From the NCBI GenBank assembly GCA_002778455.1, contig PFCD01000019.1, positions 10,243 through 74,242 on the forward strand: a DNA stretch of 64,000 nucleotides. The letters are read 5' to 3'. Position 1 is the stretch's first letter. The number at the start of each line of letters is the position of its first letter. Below the pieces are notes generated by a model. The model did no database searches. It was not told the origin of the DNA and worked only from the letters and a program-made list of their open reading frames with translations. Of the stretch, positions 53,843-62,320 are shown piece after piece. The DNA comes from Candidatus Micrarchaeota archaeon CG10_big_fil_rev_8_21_14_0_10_45_29. GTDB taxonomy: Archaea; Micrarchaeota; Micrarchaeia; Anstonellales; Anstonellaceae. The position numbers and the translations under genes are program-made.

Positions 53843-55105
53843 TTATCTTGTTGTGTTTTTGGCAGAATTTTCAAGCAATTTTATTCCGGGCAACTCCTGC
53901 CCGCTTAAAAATTCTATAAGCGCTTTTCCTGAAAGAGAGACGTATGAGAATTTTGAGGCAAGAATATGAAATTTCTCAATTGCGGAGAGAGTGTGCCCGC
54001 CGCCAAGTATAGAGTAGGCGGAAGAGTTTGCTATTGCGCTTAATATGTTTTTTGTGCCTTTGGAAAATTCCTCCTTCTCATATACGCCCATGGGGCCGTT
54101 TAGCACTATTGAGCCTGCTTTTTCTATTATTGAGGAAAAATTCTCTGCTGTTCTCTCGCCTATGTCCATTATTGCAAACTGGGAGGGAAGGGAGAGAACT
54201 GCAATGTTTTGGGCTTTTCCTTTTGCATCAACTATTACGTCTTGGGGAAGGATAAGCTTTTTCTTATATTTTAAAAGCAGTGATTTTGCATCCGAAAGCG
54301 CGTCAAGTGAGCCGCTTTTTTGCAAAAATTCGGTATTCCCTATATCAACTCCGCTTGCAATAAGCATAAGCTGGGAGAGAACCCCCCCGCAAAGCACATA
54401 ATCCACTTTCCCCCTCTCAAGCCATGCGGAGGCTATTGGAAGAGAGTCTGCAGGCTTTGCCCCGCCTAAAGCAAATACTGCCGGGCGCTTTGGGTTCTCA
54501 AAAGATAAGAGCGCCTCAAGCTCGCCTGCCATTACAGGGCCTGCTATGGCAGGGCATTTTGTGAATCCTACTACAGAGGCTTGCGCCCTGTGGGCTACTG
54601 AAAACGCATCCAAAACAAAAATATCGCAAAGAGGAGAGAGATTTCTCACAAGAGCGCTTTTGCCTGTTTTTTCAAATTCTGCCTCATCATCTAAAAACCG
54701 CACATTCTCAAGCAGCAAAGCCTCCCCGCTTGGGAGTTTTTTTATTGCCATTTGCGCCCTCTCCCCCGCAACATCATCAATAAAATTTACCTTTATTTTA
54801 TTTTTTCCCCCTGCCGCAGCTGCGCTTTTGCCTTTTTTTGCCCCGGCAAGCTTGTTTATTTCTGTTTCTAGCAGTTTTGCATGCGGCGCAAGGGAGATAA
54901 AGTCCTCTTTTCCTTTCCTTCCCTGATGCGCCAATATTACTACTTTGGCGCCTTTTTGCATAAGAGAGAGAATTGTTTTTGCATGCGCTATTAGGCGGGC
55001 GCTTGTCTCAGGCTTTTTACCATCCCCTACAGGGCAGTTTAAGTCTGCGCGCACAAAAATTGTTTTGTTTTTAACATCAACATCGTCCAAAGTGAGAAAT
55101 TTCAT
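53843..55105 (-). CDS. pgk: Phosphoglycerate kinase
   Basis: N-terminus (IFVRADLNCPV), HQGRKG and C-terminal GGGHTLSAIEK fit PGK. I trimmed the ORF to ATG 55105 (MKFLTLDD...). Confidence 0.9.
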   Translation of the reverse strand: MKFLTLDDVDVKNKTIFVRADLNCPVGDGKKPETSARLIAHAKTILSLMQKGAKVVILAHQGRKGKEDFISLAPHAKLLETEINKLAGAKKGKSAAAAGGKNKIKVNFIDDVAGERAQMAIKKLPSGEALLLENVRFLDDEAEFEKTGKSALVRNLSPLCDIFVLDAFSVAHRAQASVVGFTKCPAIAGPVMAGELEALLSFENPKRPAVFALGGAKPADSLPIASAWLERGKVDYVLCGGVLSQLMLIASGVDIGNTEFLQKSGSLDALSDAKSLLLKYKKKLILPQDVIVDAKGKAQNIAVLSLPSQFAIMDIGERTAENFSSIIEKAGSIVLNGPMGVYEKEEFSKGTKNILSAIANSSAYSILGGGHTLSAIEKFHILASKFSYVSLSGKALIEFLSGQELPGIKLLENSAKNTTR

Positions 55106-55154
55106 AAAACCACTTGCAAAAATAATGCATATGAAAATAATAAACCCTGCCAAA

Positions 55155-55179
55155 GAAAAGCCCGCCCGCCCCGCTTGGG
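55155..55179. other. GC-rich hairpin in the pgk/gap divergent intergenic region
   Basis: CCCGCCCC(GCTTGGGCA)GGGGCGGG forms an 8-bp perfect G/C stem, extendable by 2 bp with one bulge. It is embedded in otherwise A/T-rich spacer. Confidence 0.4.
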
Positions 55180-55319
55180 CAGGGGCGGGTTTGAATGCTG
55201 GCGCGCGGGCTTGCGCTTTTTGATGCGGAAAATGGCAGGTTAATGAAGATTTGGCTTTTTTGCGGTTTAGGCAGATAGATTTAATTTAATTAATGCAGAA
55301 AGAGGGGGCAGGTGAGATA

Positions 55320-56324
55320 ATGAAAGTTGCCATAAACGGGTTTGGAAGGATTGGAAGGGTAATATTGCGCGCAGCGCTTGCAAACAATACTTTTGGAGAG
55401 AAATTTGAACTTGTTGCAATAAACGACCCCGGAGGGGCGCAGACGGCGGCACAATTGCTAAAATATGATTCAGTGCACGGAAAGCTGAAGGCAGAATTAA
55501 CGCATGGCAAGGACTGGATTTCTATAAATGGAATGAAAATACCTGTCGTGTCCGAGAGAGAGCCGCTAAAGCTCCCCTGGGGCGAGATGGGCGTGGATAC
55601 GGCACTTGAGTGCACAGGGATTTTCCGCGACAGGGAGGGAGCTTCCAAGCATTTGGAGGCAGGGGCAAAGAAAGTGCTTGTTTCTGCGCCCTGCAAGGCA
55701 GGGGGGGCAGACATTACGGTGGTTATAGGGGTAAATGAGAAAGAATACAAAAAAGGCAATCATAAAATTATATCTATGGCATCATGCACCACAAACTGCC
55801 TGGCGCCTGTTGCAAAAGTGGTAAATGACAATTTTGGCATAAAGCAGGGCTTTATGACAACCGTGCATGCATATACAAATGACCAGAATATGCTGGACGT
55901 GTATCACAAAGACCCGCGAAGGGCAAGGGCAGGGGCAATTAACATAATTCCCACCACCACAGGGGCTGCAAAGGCGCTGGGGGAGGTTATTCCTGAGTTA
56001 AAGGGAAAGCTCGATGGAAGCGCGTTGCGGGTGCCTGTGGCATGCGGCTCTGCGACAGACATGGTGTTTGAATTGCAAAAAGAGGCAAAAGCTGAAGATG
56101 TGAATGCTGCCATAAAAAAAGAGGCAAACGGGAAGATGAAAGGCATATTGCAATATTGCGATGAGCCGATAGTATCAAGTGATGTTATAGGAAATTCCCA
56201 TTCTTCGGTGTTTGATTCGCTTAGCAGCATGTCAATAGGCAAGAGTGTGAAGCTTCTCTCATGGTATGATAATGAGTGGGGGTATTCAAACAGAATGGTG
56301 GATATGGTTACTAAGGTGCTCTAA
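55320..56324 (+). CDS. gap: Glyceraldehyde-3-phosphate dehydrogenase, class I (bacterial/eukaryotic type)
   Basis: MKVAINGFGRIGR and the active-site ASCTTNCLAP, with WYDNEWGYS at the C-terminus. A GGTGA Shine-Dalgarno motif precedes ATG 55320. Confidence 0.9.
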   Translation: MKVAINGFGRIGRVILRAALANNTFGEKFELVAINDPGGAQTAAQLLKYDSVHGKLKAELTHGKDWISINGMKIPVVSEREPLKLPWGEMGVDTALECTGIFRDREGASKHLEAGAKKVLVSAPCKAGGADITVVIGVNEKEYKKGNHKIISMASCTTNCLAPVAKVVNDNFGIKQGFMTTVHAYTNDQNMLDVYHKDPRRARAGAINIIPTTTGAAKALGEVIPELKGKLDGSALRVPVACGSATDMVFELQKEAKAEDVNAAIKKEANGKMKGILQYCDEPIVSSDVIGNSHSSVFDSLSSMSIGKSVKLLSWYDNEWGYSNRMVDMVTKVL

Positions 56325-56377
56325 GGAAAAAATCCTGCATATTAACATTTTTATTTAGAGCCCCTGTTTCTCTATTT

Positions 56378-56704
56378 ATGGAAGTATCGGAATTTCTTAA
56401 ATTATTTCGCTTGAAAAAACGTGAAATAATTATAAGTGCACATGCACAGAAGAGGCTCGTAGAGAGAACCATCAGAAAACAGGACATTGTATCTTACCTA
56501 AACAAATCCGAGCCTGTTGCAGTTCAGGAACAGGAGCAGGATGAACCGAATCTGCGCGTATTTAGAATATACTATCGCCAATCTGCGAAATATTTTCACA
56601 CATACATAATATCCATAAACTCCAAAATTCTCCTTAAATCCGCGTGGCGTACAAGCAAGCCGTTGCAAAAAGCATTATCAAAAGGAGCGTTTAAGTTCAA
56701 CTAG
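56378..56704 (+). CDS. DUF4258-like putative toxin
   Basis: IIISAHAQKRLVERTIRKQDIVSYL matches the DUF4258 N-terminal pattern (HA..R...R.I....I). The gene is visibly AT-rich. Confidence 0.55.
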   Translation: MEVSEFLKLFRLKKREIIISAHAQKRLVERTIRKQDIVSYLNKSEPVAVQEQEQDEPNLRVFRIYYRQSAKYFHTYIISINSKILLKSAWRTSKPLQKALSKGAFKFN

Positions 56705-56793
56705 TACCACTACGCATTTTTCCAGCATGAAACATATAAAAGCATGGCAGAACATATATATACGCTCTCTCTGTTGTGTTCATGGGTTTTCTT

Positions 56794-57129
56794 ATGCAAA
56801 AACCGGTTTATGACCTAAAATCTGATTCAATTTATTTCAAAATACGCTCTGGAAAGGTGTATGAGAGTATGGAGCTTAGCTCACACATTCTTGTGGATTT
56901 ATCCCTGAGAAACAATTCTATTATAGGGATAGAGATACTTGGAGCAAGCATTTTTCTCTCTTCCCTTACTTCTAGGAAAATAGATAAGGACACTATAAAA
57001 AATAGGCTCTTGATTTATCTCCCCCCGGAAGATAAGGAGGAAGTAAAGCTCGGCTTCAGTTTAGGCAATGAAAAATACGTCTATGCCATCCCAAAACTTT
57101 ACACCAGCCCGATTGTGGCAGGATGTTAG
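56794..57129 (+). CDS. DUF2283-like putative antitoxin
   Basis: VYDLKSDSIYFKIRSG...ILVDLSLRNNSIIGIEILGAS matches the DUF2283 pattern (YD...D.lyi....vD.d..G.i.GiEil.as). The start is set at the third in-frame initiator, ATG 56794; the track start is GTG 56776. Confidence 0.55.
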   Translation: MQKPVYDLKSDSIYFKIRSGKVYESMELSSHILVDLSLRNNSIIGIEILGASIFLSSLTSRKIDKDTIKNRLLIYLPPEDKEEVKLGFSLGNEKYVYAIPKLYTSPIVAGC

Positions 57130-57192
57130 GGAATTTGGCACAGGCGAAGACATTCTCTTTTTGTGTAGCTTGCGCTAAAGGTTGTAAAAATT

Positions 57193-57297
57193 AGGCCGAC
57201 GTCCTGCGACGCCGGCAAGGCGACCAGTTCTTTTCCGCCCACCACAGGCGAAAACAAAAGACGGATAGGCATATTGAAGAGGGGGGCTGGGTTTATA
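57193..57297. ncRNA. GC-rich structured island, candidate small non-coding RNA (strand and identity unknown)
   Basis: Hairpin GCCGACGTC-CTGC-GACGCCGGC (57195..57216, 1 mismatch) and hairpin CGCC-CACCACA-GGCG (57236..57250) sit in a 241-nt gap. The only ORFs there (71 and 76 aa) look non-coding. No tRNA, C/D-box or RNase P motif recognised. Confidence 0.25.
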
Positions 57298-57370
57298 AAA
57301 ATACCTGCATGAAAAGCCATATACAAAAACAAATATTGCTTTTGCTTTATAAACATTCATAAAAATATAA

Positions 57371-58024
57371 ATGGAACACAAAACTTTCAATTTTTACAAG
57401 GTTAGAAACATGAGTGAGGAACCTGATTTAAACGCGCAGATGGAAGAGAAGTCCAGGCTGAAGAAGGCAAAAATAAGCCGGCTTAGGGAAATAAACGGCA
57501 AAATGTCCCAGCTTCAGCAAGAGCTTCTGAGCGCTTTGCCTGCGCAGGAGAGAAGCGGGCCTAACCCGAGAAAAATACAAGAGAGCATGGATAAGCTTGA
57601 GTTTTATATTGCAACATCCGCATATACGCCGGCGCAGGAGAAAGACCTTATACGAAAGGTGGATGCCCTCAAAAAAGAGCTAAAGGCGGCCACAAAAGAC
57701 AATGAAGGGTGGGAAAAGGCAAGAAAAGTGCGCGCAGAGCTGCGCGATATGCGCGATGAGAGAAGGGCGATAAGAAAGGAGCTTGATGCGCTAAGCGCAG
57801 AGCTTGATTCCCTTTACCAAAAGATAATAGCGCAGGGCACCCAGGAAGTGCACAAAAGGCGGGAGGGGGAGGCAAGGCGCGAGCAGGGGAGGACAATGGC
57901 TCACAAAAGGGAGAGAATAAGAAAAGAGAAAGAGCTTTATAGAAAGGAAATGGAGCCGTATATGAAAGAAGTTGACCCATTTGTCTCGCTTGAGGATATT
58001 GCGGAAGTTAAGAAAAAGAAATAG
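57371..58024 (+). CDS. Archaeal coiled-coil protein (COG1340-like)
   Basis: Heptad-rich K/E/R sequence throughout, with size and composition like conserved archaeal coiled-coil proteins. The family assignment is weak. Confidence 0.5.
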   Translation: MEHKTFNFYKVRNMSEEPDLNAQMEEKSRLKKAKISRLREINGKMSQLQQELLSALPAQERSGPNPRKIQESMDKLEFYIATSAYTPAQEKDLIRKVDALKKELKAATKDNEGWEKARKVRAELRDMRDERRAIRKELDALSAELDSLYQKIIAQGTQEVHKRREGEARREQGRTMAHKRERIRKEKELYRKEMEPYMKEVDPFVSLEDIAEVKKKK

Positions 58025-58062
58025 AACCAACTGTTTTTTAGGTTGATGCGCGAATTAATAGC

Positions 58063-60801
58063 ATGCAGGAAGAAAAAACCCACCCCCACAAAAAAGATAA
58101 TGAAAAACATGCGGGGAAAGCGGCGCAGGCTCACCGGCAAAAAAATGATGAGCCGGAGGCGGATGAAAAGCAGGATAGCGGGCACCTGCATAAAAAAGAG
58201 GAAGCAAATTCTGCCAAAAAAGAAGATGAGAAAGGCGGGGATGAAAAAAAGGCGGCAGATGAGAAAGGCGTGAAAAAAGATGAAAAAGGGCATCTTGCAA
58301 AAGAAAAAAAGCATCTTGAGAAAAAAGTGCGCTCTGCAATATTGATTGATGCGGATTATGTGATAAAAAACGACAAAACATATGTAAGGCTGCAGATGAA
58401 GGCAAAGTCTGTTTTCTATTTATATGATGAATATTTGCCTTATTTTTATGTAGATGCCCCAAAAGCCGAAATTGAGCATATACTAAAGGTGAGCGCCGAA
58501 TTTCGCGGGGAGAGAATACGCCCCCTAAAGGCAGAACAGGTGGAAAAAGAACTGGAAGGCAAAATGCAAAAAGTGCTAAAAGTGTATTTTAAGCACCCGT
58601 TTTATGTGCCAACCATGCGAGAAGCCCTCAAAAAATACAGAAGATGGGAGTATGATATTCTTTTTGGAAGGCGGTATATGATAGATAAGAATATCGGGCC
58701 GCTGATGAAAATAAAGTATGAGAGGCTGGGAAAAACCCTGCTAAAAGTGCTCAAAACAGAGGATGCGATTACCTCTTTTAGGATGCTCTCATTTGATATT
58801 GAGACATATAACCCACTGGGCGCGCCAAGGCCCAAAAAAGACCCTGCAATAATGATTTCTTATGCCACTTCCGAGAAGCTGCATGATGCCCATGTGCTAA
58901 CATACAAGCATATTGAGGGGGAAAAATATGCAAAGGATTGCAAGGATGAAAAAGGGATGATTGAGGCGCTAAGCGCTGCCATAAAGGAGCATGACCCTGA
59001 AATAATTACTGGTTATAATTCTACTAATTTTGACTTGCCATACCTTGGGGAGAGGGCGGCGCAAACAAAGGCAAAGCTTGAATTTGGGCGGGACGGCTCA
59101 TCTTTTGAGATAAAAAGGCGCGGAATACGCGAGGTTGGAAAAATTCAGGGCAGAATTTACATTGACTTGTTTCCTCTTTTGCGGTTTTTGAGCTTTATCG
59201 GCGCGGTAAAGCTTACCCGCTTCACTCTTGAGGCTGCATATCAGGGAGTTGTGGGCAAGGAAACAAAATGGAAAGAGGATATGGACAGGCTTGAGATTTA
59301 CAAAATGTGGGATGATAAGAAGATGCATCCTAAATTGGCGCAATACTCAAGAATTGACGCGCAGGCTACATGGGAGCTGGCAAAAAAAGTTTTGCCGCTT
59401 GAGCTTGAAATGTCAAAGGTGACGCGCGTGCCACCAAGCGATGTGGTGGGAGCCACTTCATCCCAGCTTGTGGAATCCCTTCTTATGCATGAGGCGGCGC
59501 AGAGGGGGGCGATTGTGCCGAATAAGCCGGATGACGCGGCGGCGCAGGCGCGCATGAAAAATCCTATTGAGGGGGCATTTGTAAAGACACCTAATCCGGG
59601 AATTTATGAAAATATAATGGTGTTTGACTTTAGGGGGCTGTACCCCTCTATTATTATTTCGCACAATATTGACCCGTTTACCCTAAACCCCAAAGGAGTT
59701 GCTCAAAAAGACTGCTATGTTTCTCCTACAGGCGCAAAGTTTGCAAAGCACCCTCGCGGGATTATACCGGATGTGCTTGAGAAAGTTATTACAACGCGTG
59801 GAAAGCTAAAAGATGAGCTCAAAAAACTAAAGCCTGATACTGAAGAATACATGGCAGTGTGGGCGCGCCAGCAATCTTTGAAAATATTGGCAAATTCATA
59901 TTATGGGTATTTGGCTTTTGCAAGAAGCAGGTATTATTCGCGCGAGGCGGCTGAATCTGTTACTGCTTGGGGAAGGCATTTTATTACAAAGACAGGAGAA
60001 GATGCCAAAAATGCCGGTTTTGAGCTTCTTTACCAAGACACAGACAGCGCTTTTCTTTTGCTTGGGGATAGGAAAAAAGAGGATGCCATAAAATGGATGA
60101 AAAAAGTAAATGAGGGGCTTCCCGGCACCATGGAGTTGGAATTGGAAGGGTTTTTCCCGCGCGGTGTGTTTGTTTCCAAAAAGGCGGAAGCAAAAGGCGG
60201 GGCAAAGGGCGCGAAAAAGAAATATGCGATGGTTGATGAGAAGGGCAAAATTAAGATAAGGGGCTTTGAGCTTGTAAGGCGGGACTGGAGCCTTGTTGCA
60301 AAAGAGACGCAAAGGGCGGTGCTGGAGGCAATACTGAAGGACGGCTCAAAAGAGAAGGCGGTGAAAATAGTAAAAGATATTGTGGATAAAATACGCGCAG
60401 GAAAAATGCCTCTTGAGAAAATGGTAATGGAAACACAGCTTGTCAAAAAATTTGCGGATTATGAGGCAAAGTCGCCGGAATTGGCGGCTGCGCTAAAATA
60501 CAATTTAAAGGGAAAGGGGGAGAAGCTTGGGCAGGGCTCAATAGTGCGCTTTGTAATCACGCATAGCGGAGGGGCGCCTGCGGATTTGTATAAAGAGTGC
60601 AAAAAGCTAAAGCAAACAAAAGCAACAACTTCCAAAGCAAGCGTATCTGACAAGGCAGAAGTCTTGGAGCTTGCAACAGATTATGATGCTGATTATTATA
60701 TTAATCATCAGATTATTCCTTCGGTTTTGAGAATATTAAAAGAGCTTGGAGTTAGCGAGCATGACTTGAAAATGGAAGGAAAGCAAAGCACGCTGTTCTA
60801 A
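58063..60801 (+). CDS. polB: Family B DNA polymerase with ~90-aa K/E/D-rich N-terminal extension
   Basis: Exo I (FDIETY), Exo II (YNSTNFDLPYL), Exo III (YSRIDAQATWEL), motif A (DFRGLYPSIIISHNI), motif B (KILANSYYGY) and motif C (YQDTDS) are all present. No intein. Confidence 0.9.
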   Translation: MQEEKTHPHKKDNEKHAGKAAQAHRQKNDEPEADEKQDSGHLHKKEEANSAKKEDEKGGDEKKAADEKGVKKDEKGHLAKEKKHLEKKVRSAILIDADYVIKNDKTYVRLQMKAKSVFYLYDEYLPYFYVDAPKAEIEHILKVSAEFRGERIRPLKAEQVEKELEGKMQKVLKVYFKHPFYVPTMREALKKYRRWEYDILFGRRYMIDKNIGPLMKIKYERLGKTLLKVLKTEDAITSFRMLSFDIETYNPLGAPRPKKDPAIMISYATSEKLHDAHVLTYKHIEGEKYAKDCKDEKGMIEALSAAIKEHDPEIITGYNSTNFDLPYLGERAAQTKAKLEFGRDGSSFEIKRRGIREVGKIQGRIYIDLFPLLRFLSFIGAVKLTRFTLEAAYQGVVGKETKWKEDMDRLEIYKMWDDKKMHPKLAQYSRIDAQATWELAKKVLPLELEMSKVTRVPPSDVVGATSSQLVESLLMHEAAQRGAIVPNKPDDAAAQARMKNPIEGAFVKTPNPGIYENIMVFDFRGLYPSIIISHNIDPFTLNPKGVAQKDCYVSPTGAKFAKHPRGIIPDVLEKVITTRGKLKDELKKLKPDTEEYMAVWARQQSLKILANSYYGYLAFARSRYYSREAAESVTAWGRHFITKTGEDAKNAGFELLYQDTDSAFLLLGDRKKEDAIKWMKKVNEGLPGTMELELEGFFPRGVFVSKKAEAKGGAKGAKKKYAMVDEKGKIKIRGFELVRRDWSLVAKETQRAVLEAILKDGSKEKAVKIVKDIVDKIRAGKMPLEKMVMETQLVKKFADYEAKSPELAAALKYNLKGKGEKLGQGSIVRFVITHSGGAPADLYKECKKLKQTKATTSKASVSDKAEVLELATDYDADYYINHQIIPSVLRILKELGVSEHDLKMEGKQSTLF

Positions 60802-61175
60802 CGAGTGTAAGTCACTTCTCCTTGATCAGTCATTATTTTTATTTTACTAAAACCATCTGTTAGTTGCCTATTCTTTTTATCTTTACAAATAAGCACATAG
60901 ACTTGTTCGTCAGGTTCTAGTTTCGTTGGATTAGGAGAAATTTCACAAAGATAATAATCATCAGCAATAATAGAAAGGTTCGTCCAATTATACGTGTTCC
61001 TATTAGTTACTGTGGTGAGTTGGTTCAGTGAGAAGCGCACTTCAGCATTCAAACGCTCTGAACCCACACCATCTTCCGGATTAGAAGAATTAGTGCAACC
61101 AGACATAAACAGAAAAGAGAACACGACTGTTGCGATTATTCCGAGAAGCTTAGGAATAAATAAATTAGACAACAC
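60798..61175 (-). CDS. Small lipoprotein-like hypothetical protein
   Basis: The signal peptide ends in FMSGC (lipobox-like). The gene is AT-rich and is convergent with polB, overlapping its end by 4 nt. Confidence 0.45.
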   Translation of the reverse strand: MLSNLFIPKLLGIIATVVFSFLFMSGCTNSSNPEDGVGSERLNAEVRFSLNQLTTVTNRNTYNWTNLSIIADDYYLCEISPNPTKLEPDEQVYVLICKDKKNRQLTDGFSKIKIMTDQGEVTYTR

Positions 61176-61279
61176 ATCACCTAATTTTATATAAATCTAT
61201 AACTTTTTATGAGTAATGATGGGCCTAGAGCCATAGTTGGAACGCAACTATATAAGGATAAGGTGGAATTGGAATAATA

Positions 61280-62200
61280 TTAAAACCCGCCCAATACAAG
61301 CAAAATGTTTCCAAAGAGAAGGGTTGCTATAAGCCCTATGAGGATGTGAGGCACAAAGGGAGGCAAATGCGAATATACAGGCACTTTTGATTTTAGCTTT
61401 TTTATTTTTGCGAGGGTTTGCGCATCAACTAATTTATTGTACCCTCCGCTTATTGAAAAGCCGGATGAGGAGAAGCCAAGCTTTTGCGCAAGTTTCTTGT
61501 CCATCCTATCTGTTGGAATTATGTCCTCTACTTCCACTTTATTTGAAGAAACATATTCCACCATTGAGTCATTTAGTGCGCTTCTAAATATCGTGAAATA
61601 AAGCGAGAGAAGCACTATCGCGGTTATGAAAATATAATAGTTTGAAGGAATTAGCGGGTTTGATATTGCAAAATAGGAAAATACTGCAAATGCAAACACG
61701 ATTAAAAATGCGCGCGATAGCTCGTTTTTGCCAATTTTTCCCTTTGTGCCAAGCGCTTTTATTGCTACAGGAAATGAGCGCAATAGCATGTAAGCCATAA
61801 AGGAAATTCCGGATGCCAATATTAGGTTTAGCATAAATGGAAGCGAGAGAAGGGATGGCTGCTGGGAAATAAGCAAAAGTGTTGGCTGGGCCGGAAGAAG
61901 CAATGCTATGGATGCCATGATAAATACGTCCGCGCCGCCTATTTGCCCGAATTTGTAAAGCAGATAAAATGCCGCAAAAACAATTGCTCCTGCGCCTATG
62001 CCATACATGGTGGCATTTGCGCCATATGCCACTAAATTTATGAGAAATGCAACCGCTATAAAGGCGTAAAGGAAAGCTTCCGGCACATTTTTTTTATTAA
62101 ACAAGTCAAAATAAGCGCCTATTATTGTGCCTGCCAAAGCCACCGCTATTCTTAATGCCTGCATAGGAAGCTCAACATTGCCAATAAAAAACAAGTCCAA
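61280..62200 (-). CDS. A24-family prepilin/preflagellin peptidase (PibD/FlaK-like)
   Basis: A polytopic protein with the first catalytic Asp context (AYFDLFNKKNVPE) and the second (GGADVFIMA). Confidence 0.75.
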   Translation of the reverse strand: MDLFFIGNVELPMQALRIAVALAGTIIGAYFDLFNKKNVPEAFLYAFIAVAFLINLVAYGANATMYGIGAGAIVFAAFYLLYKFGQIGGADVFIMASIALLLPAQPTLLLISQQPSLLSLPFMLNLILASGISFMAYMLLRSFPVAIKALGTKGKIGKNELSRAFLIVFAFAVFSYFAISNPLIPSNYYIFITAIVLLSLYFTIFRSALNDSMVEYVSSNKVEVEDIIPTDRMDKKLAQKLGFSSSGFSISGGYNKLVDAQTLAKIKKLKSKVPVYSHLPPFVPHILIGLIATLLFGNILLVLGGF

Positions 62201-62320
62201 TAAAACACCAAAAAAAGAATATTCTTAGCATTTATTAACCTACCCTGCCAACACAAGCAAAAAAACCCAACTAGCCAAAAAACACAAGCCCGCTGCCCGC
62301 CGCAAAAAATGCAACCACCT

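Noticed and set aside
54945-55223. 92-aa plus-strand ORF across the pgk start and pgk/gap spacer
   Set aside because: It overlaps the pgk 5' end in antisense, and the remainder is the GC-hairpin spacer. There is no coding signature.
57126-57390. 76-aa and 71-aa minus-strand ORFs in the gap after the TA pair
   Set aside because: They overlap each other in different frames, lack Shine-Dalgarno motifs and have implausible sequences. The region is better explained as non-coding, possibly a structured RNA.
58043-58462. K/R-rich 76-aa plus ORF and 125-135 aa minus ORFs over the polB 5' region
   Set aside because: These are alternative-frame artefacts of the purine-rich low-complexity extension. 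The polB frame continues into unmistakable polymerase motifs.
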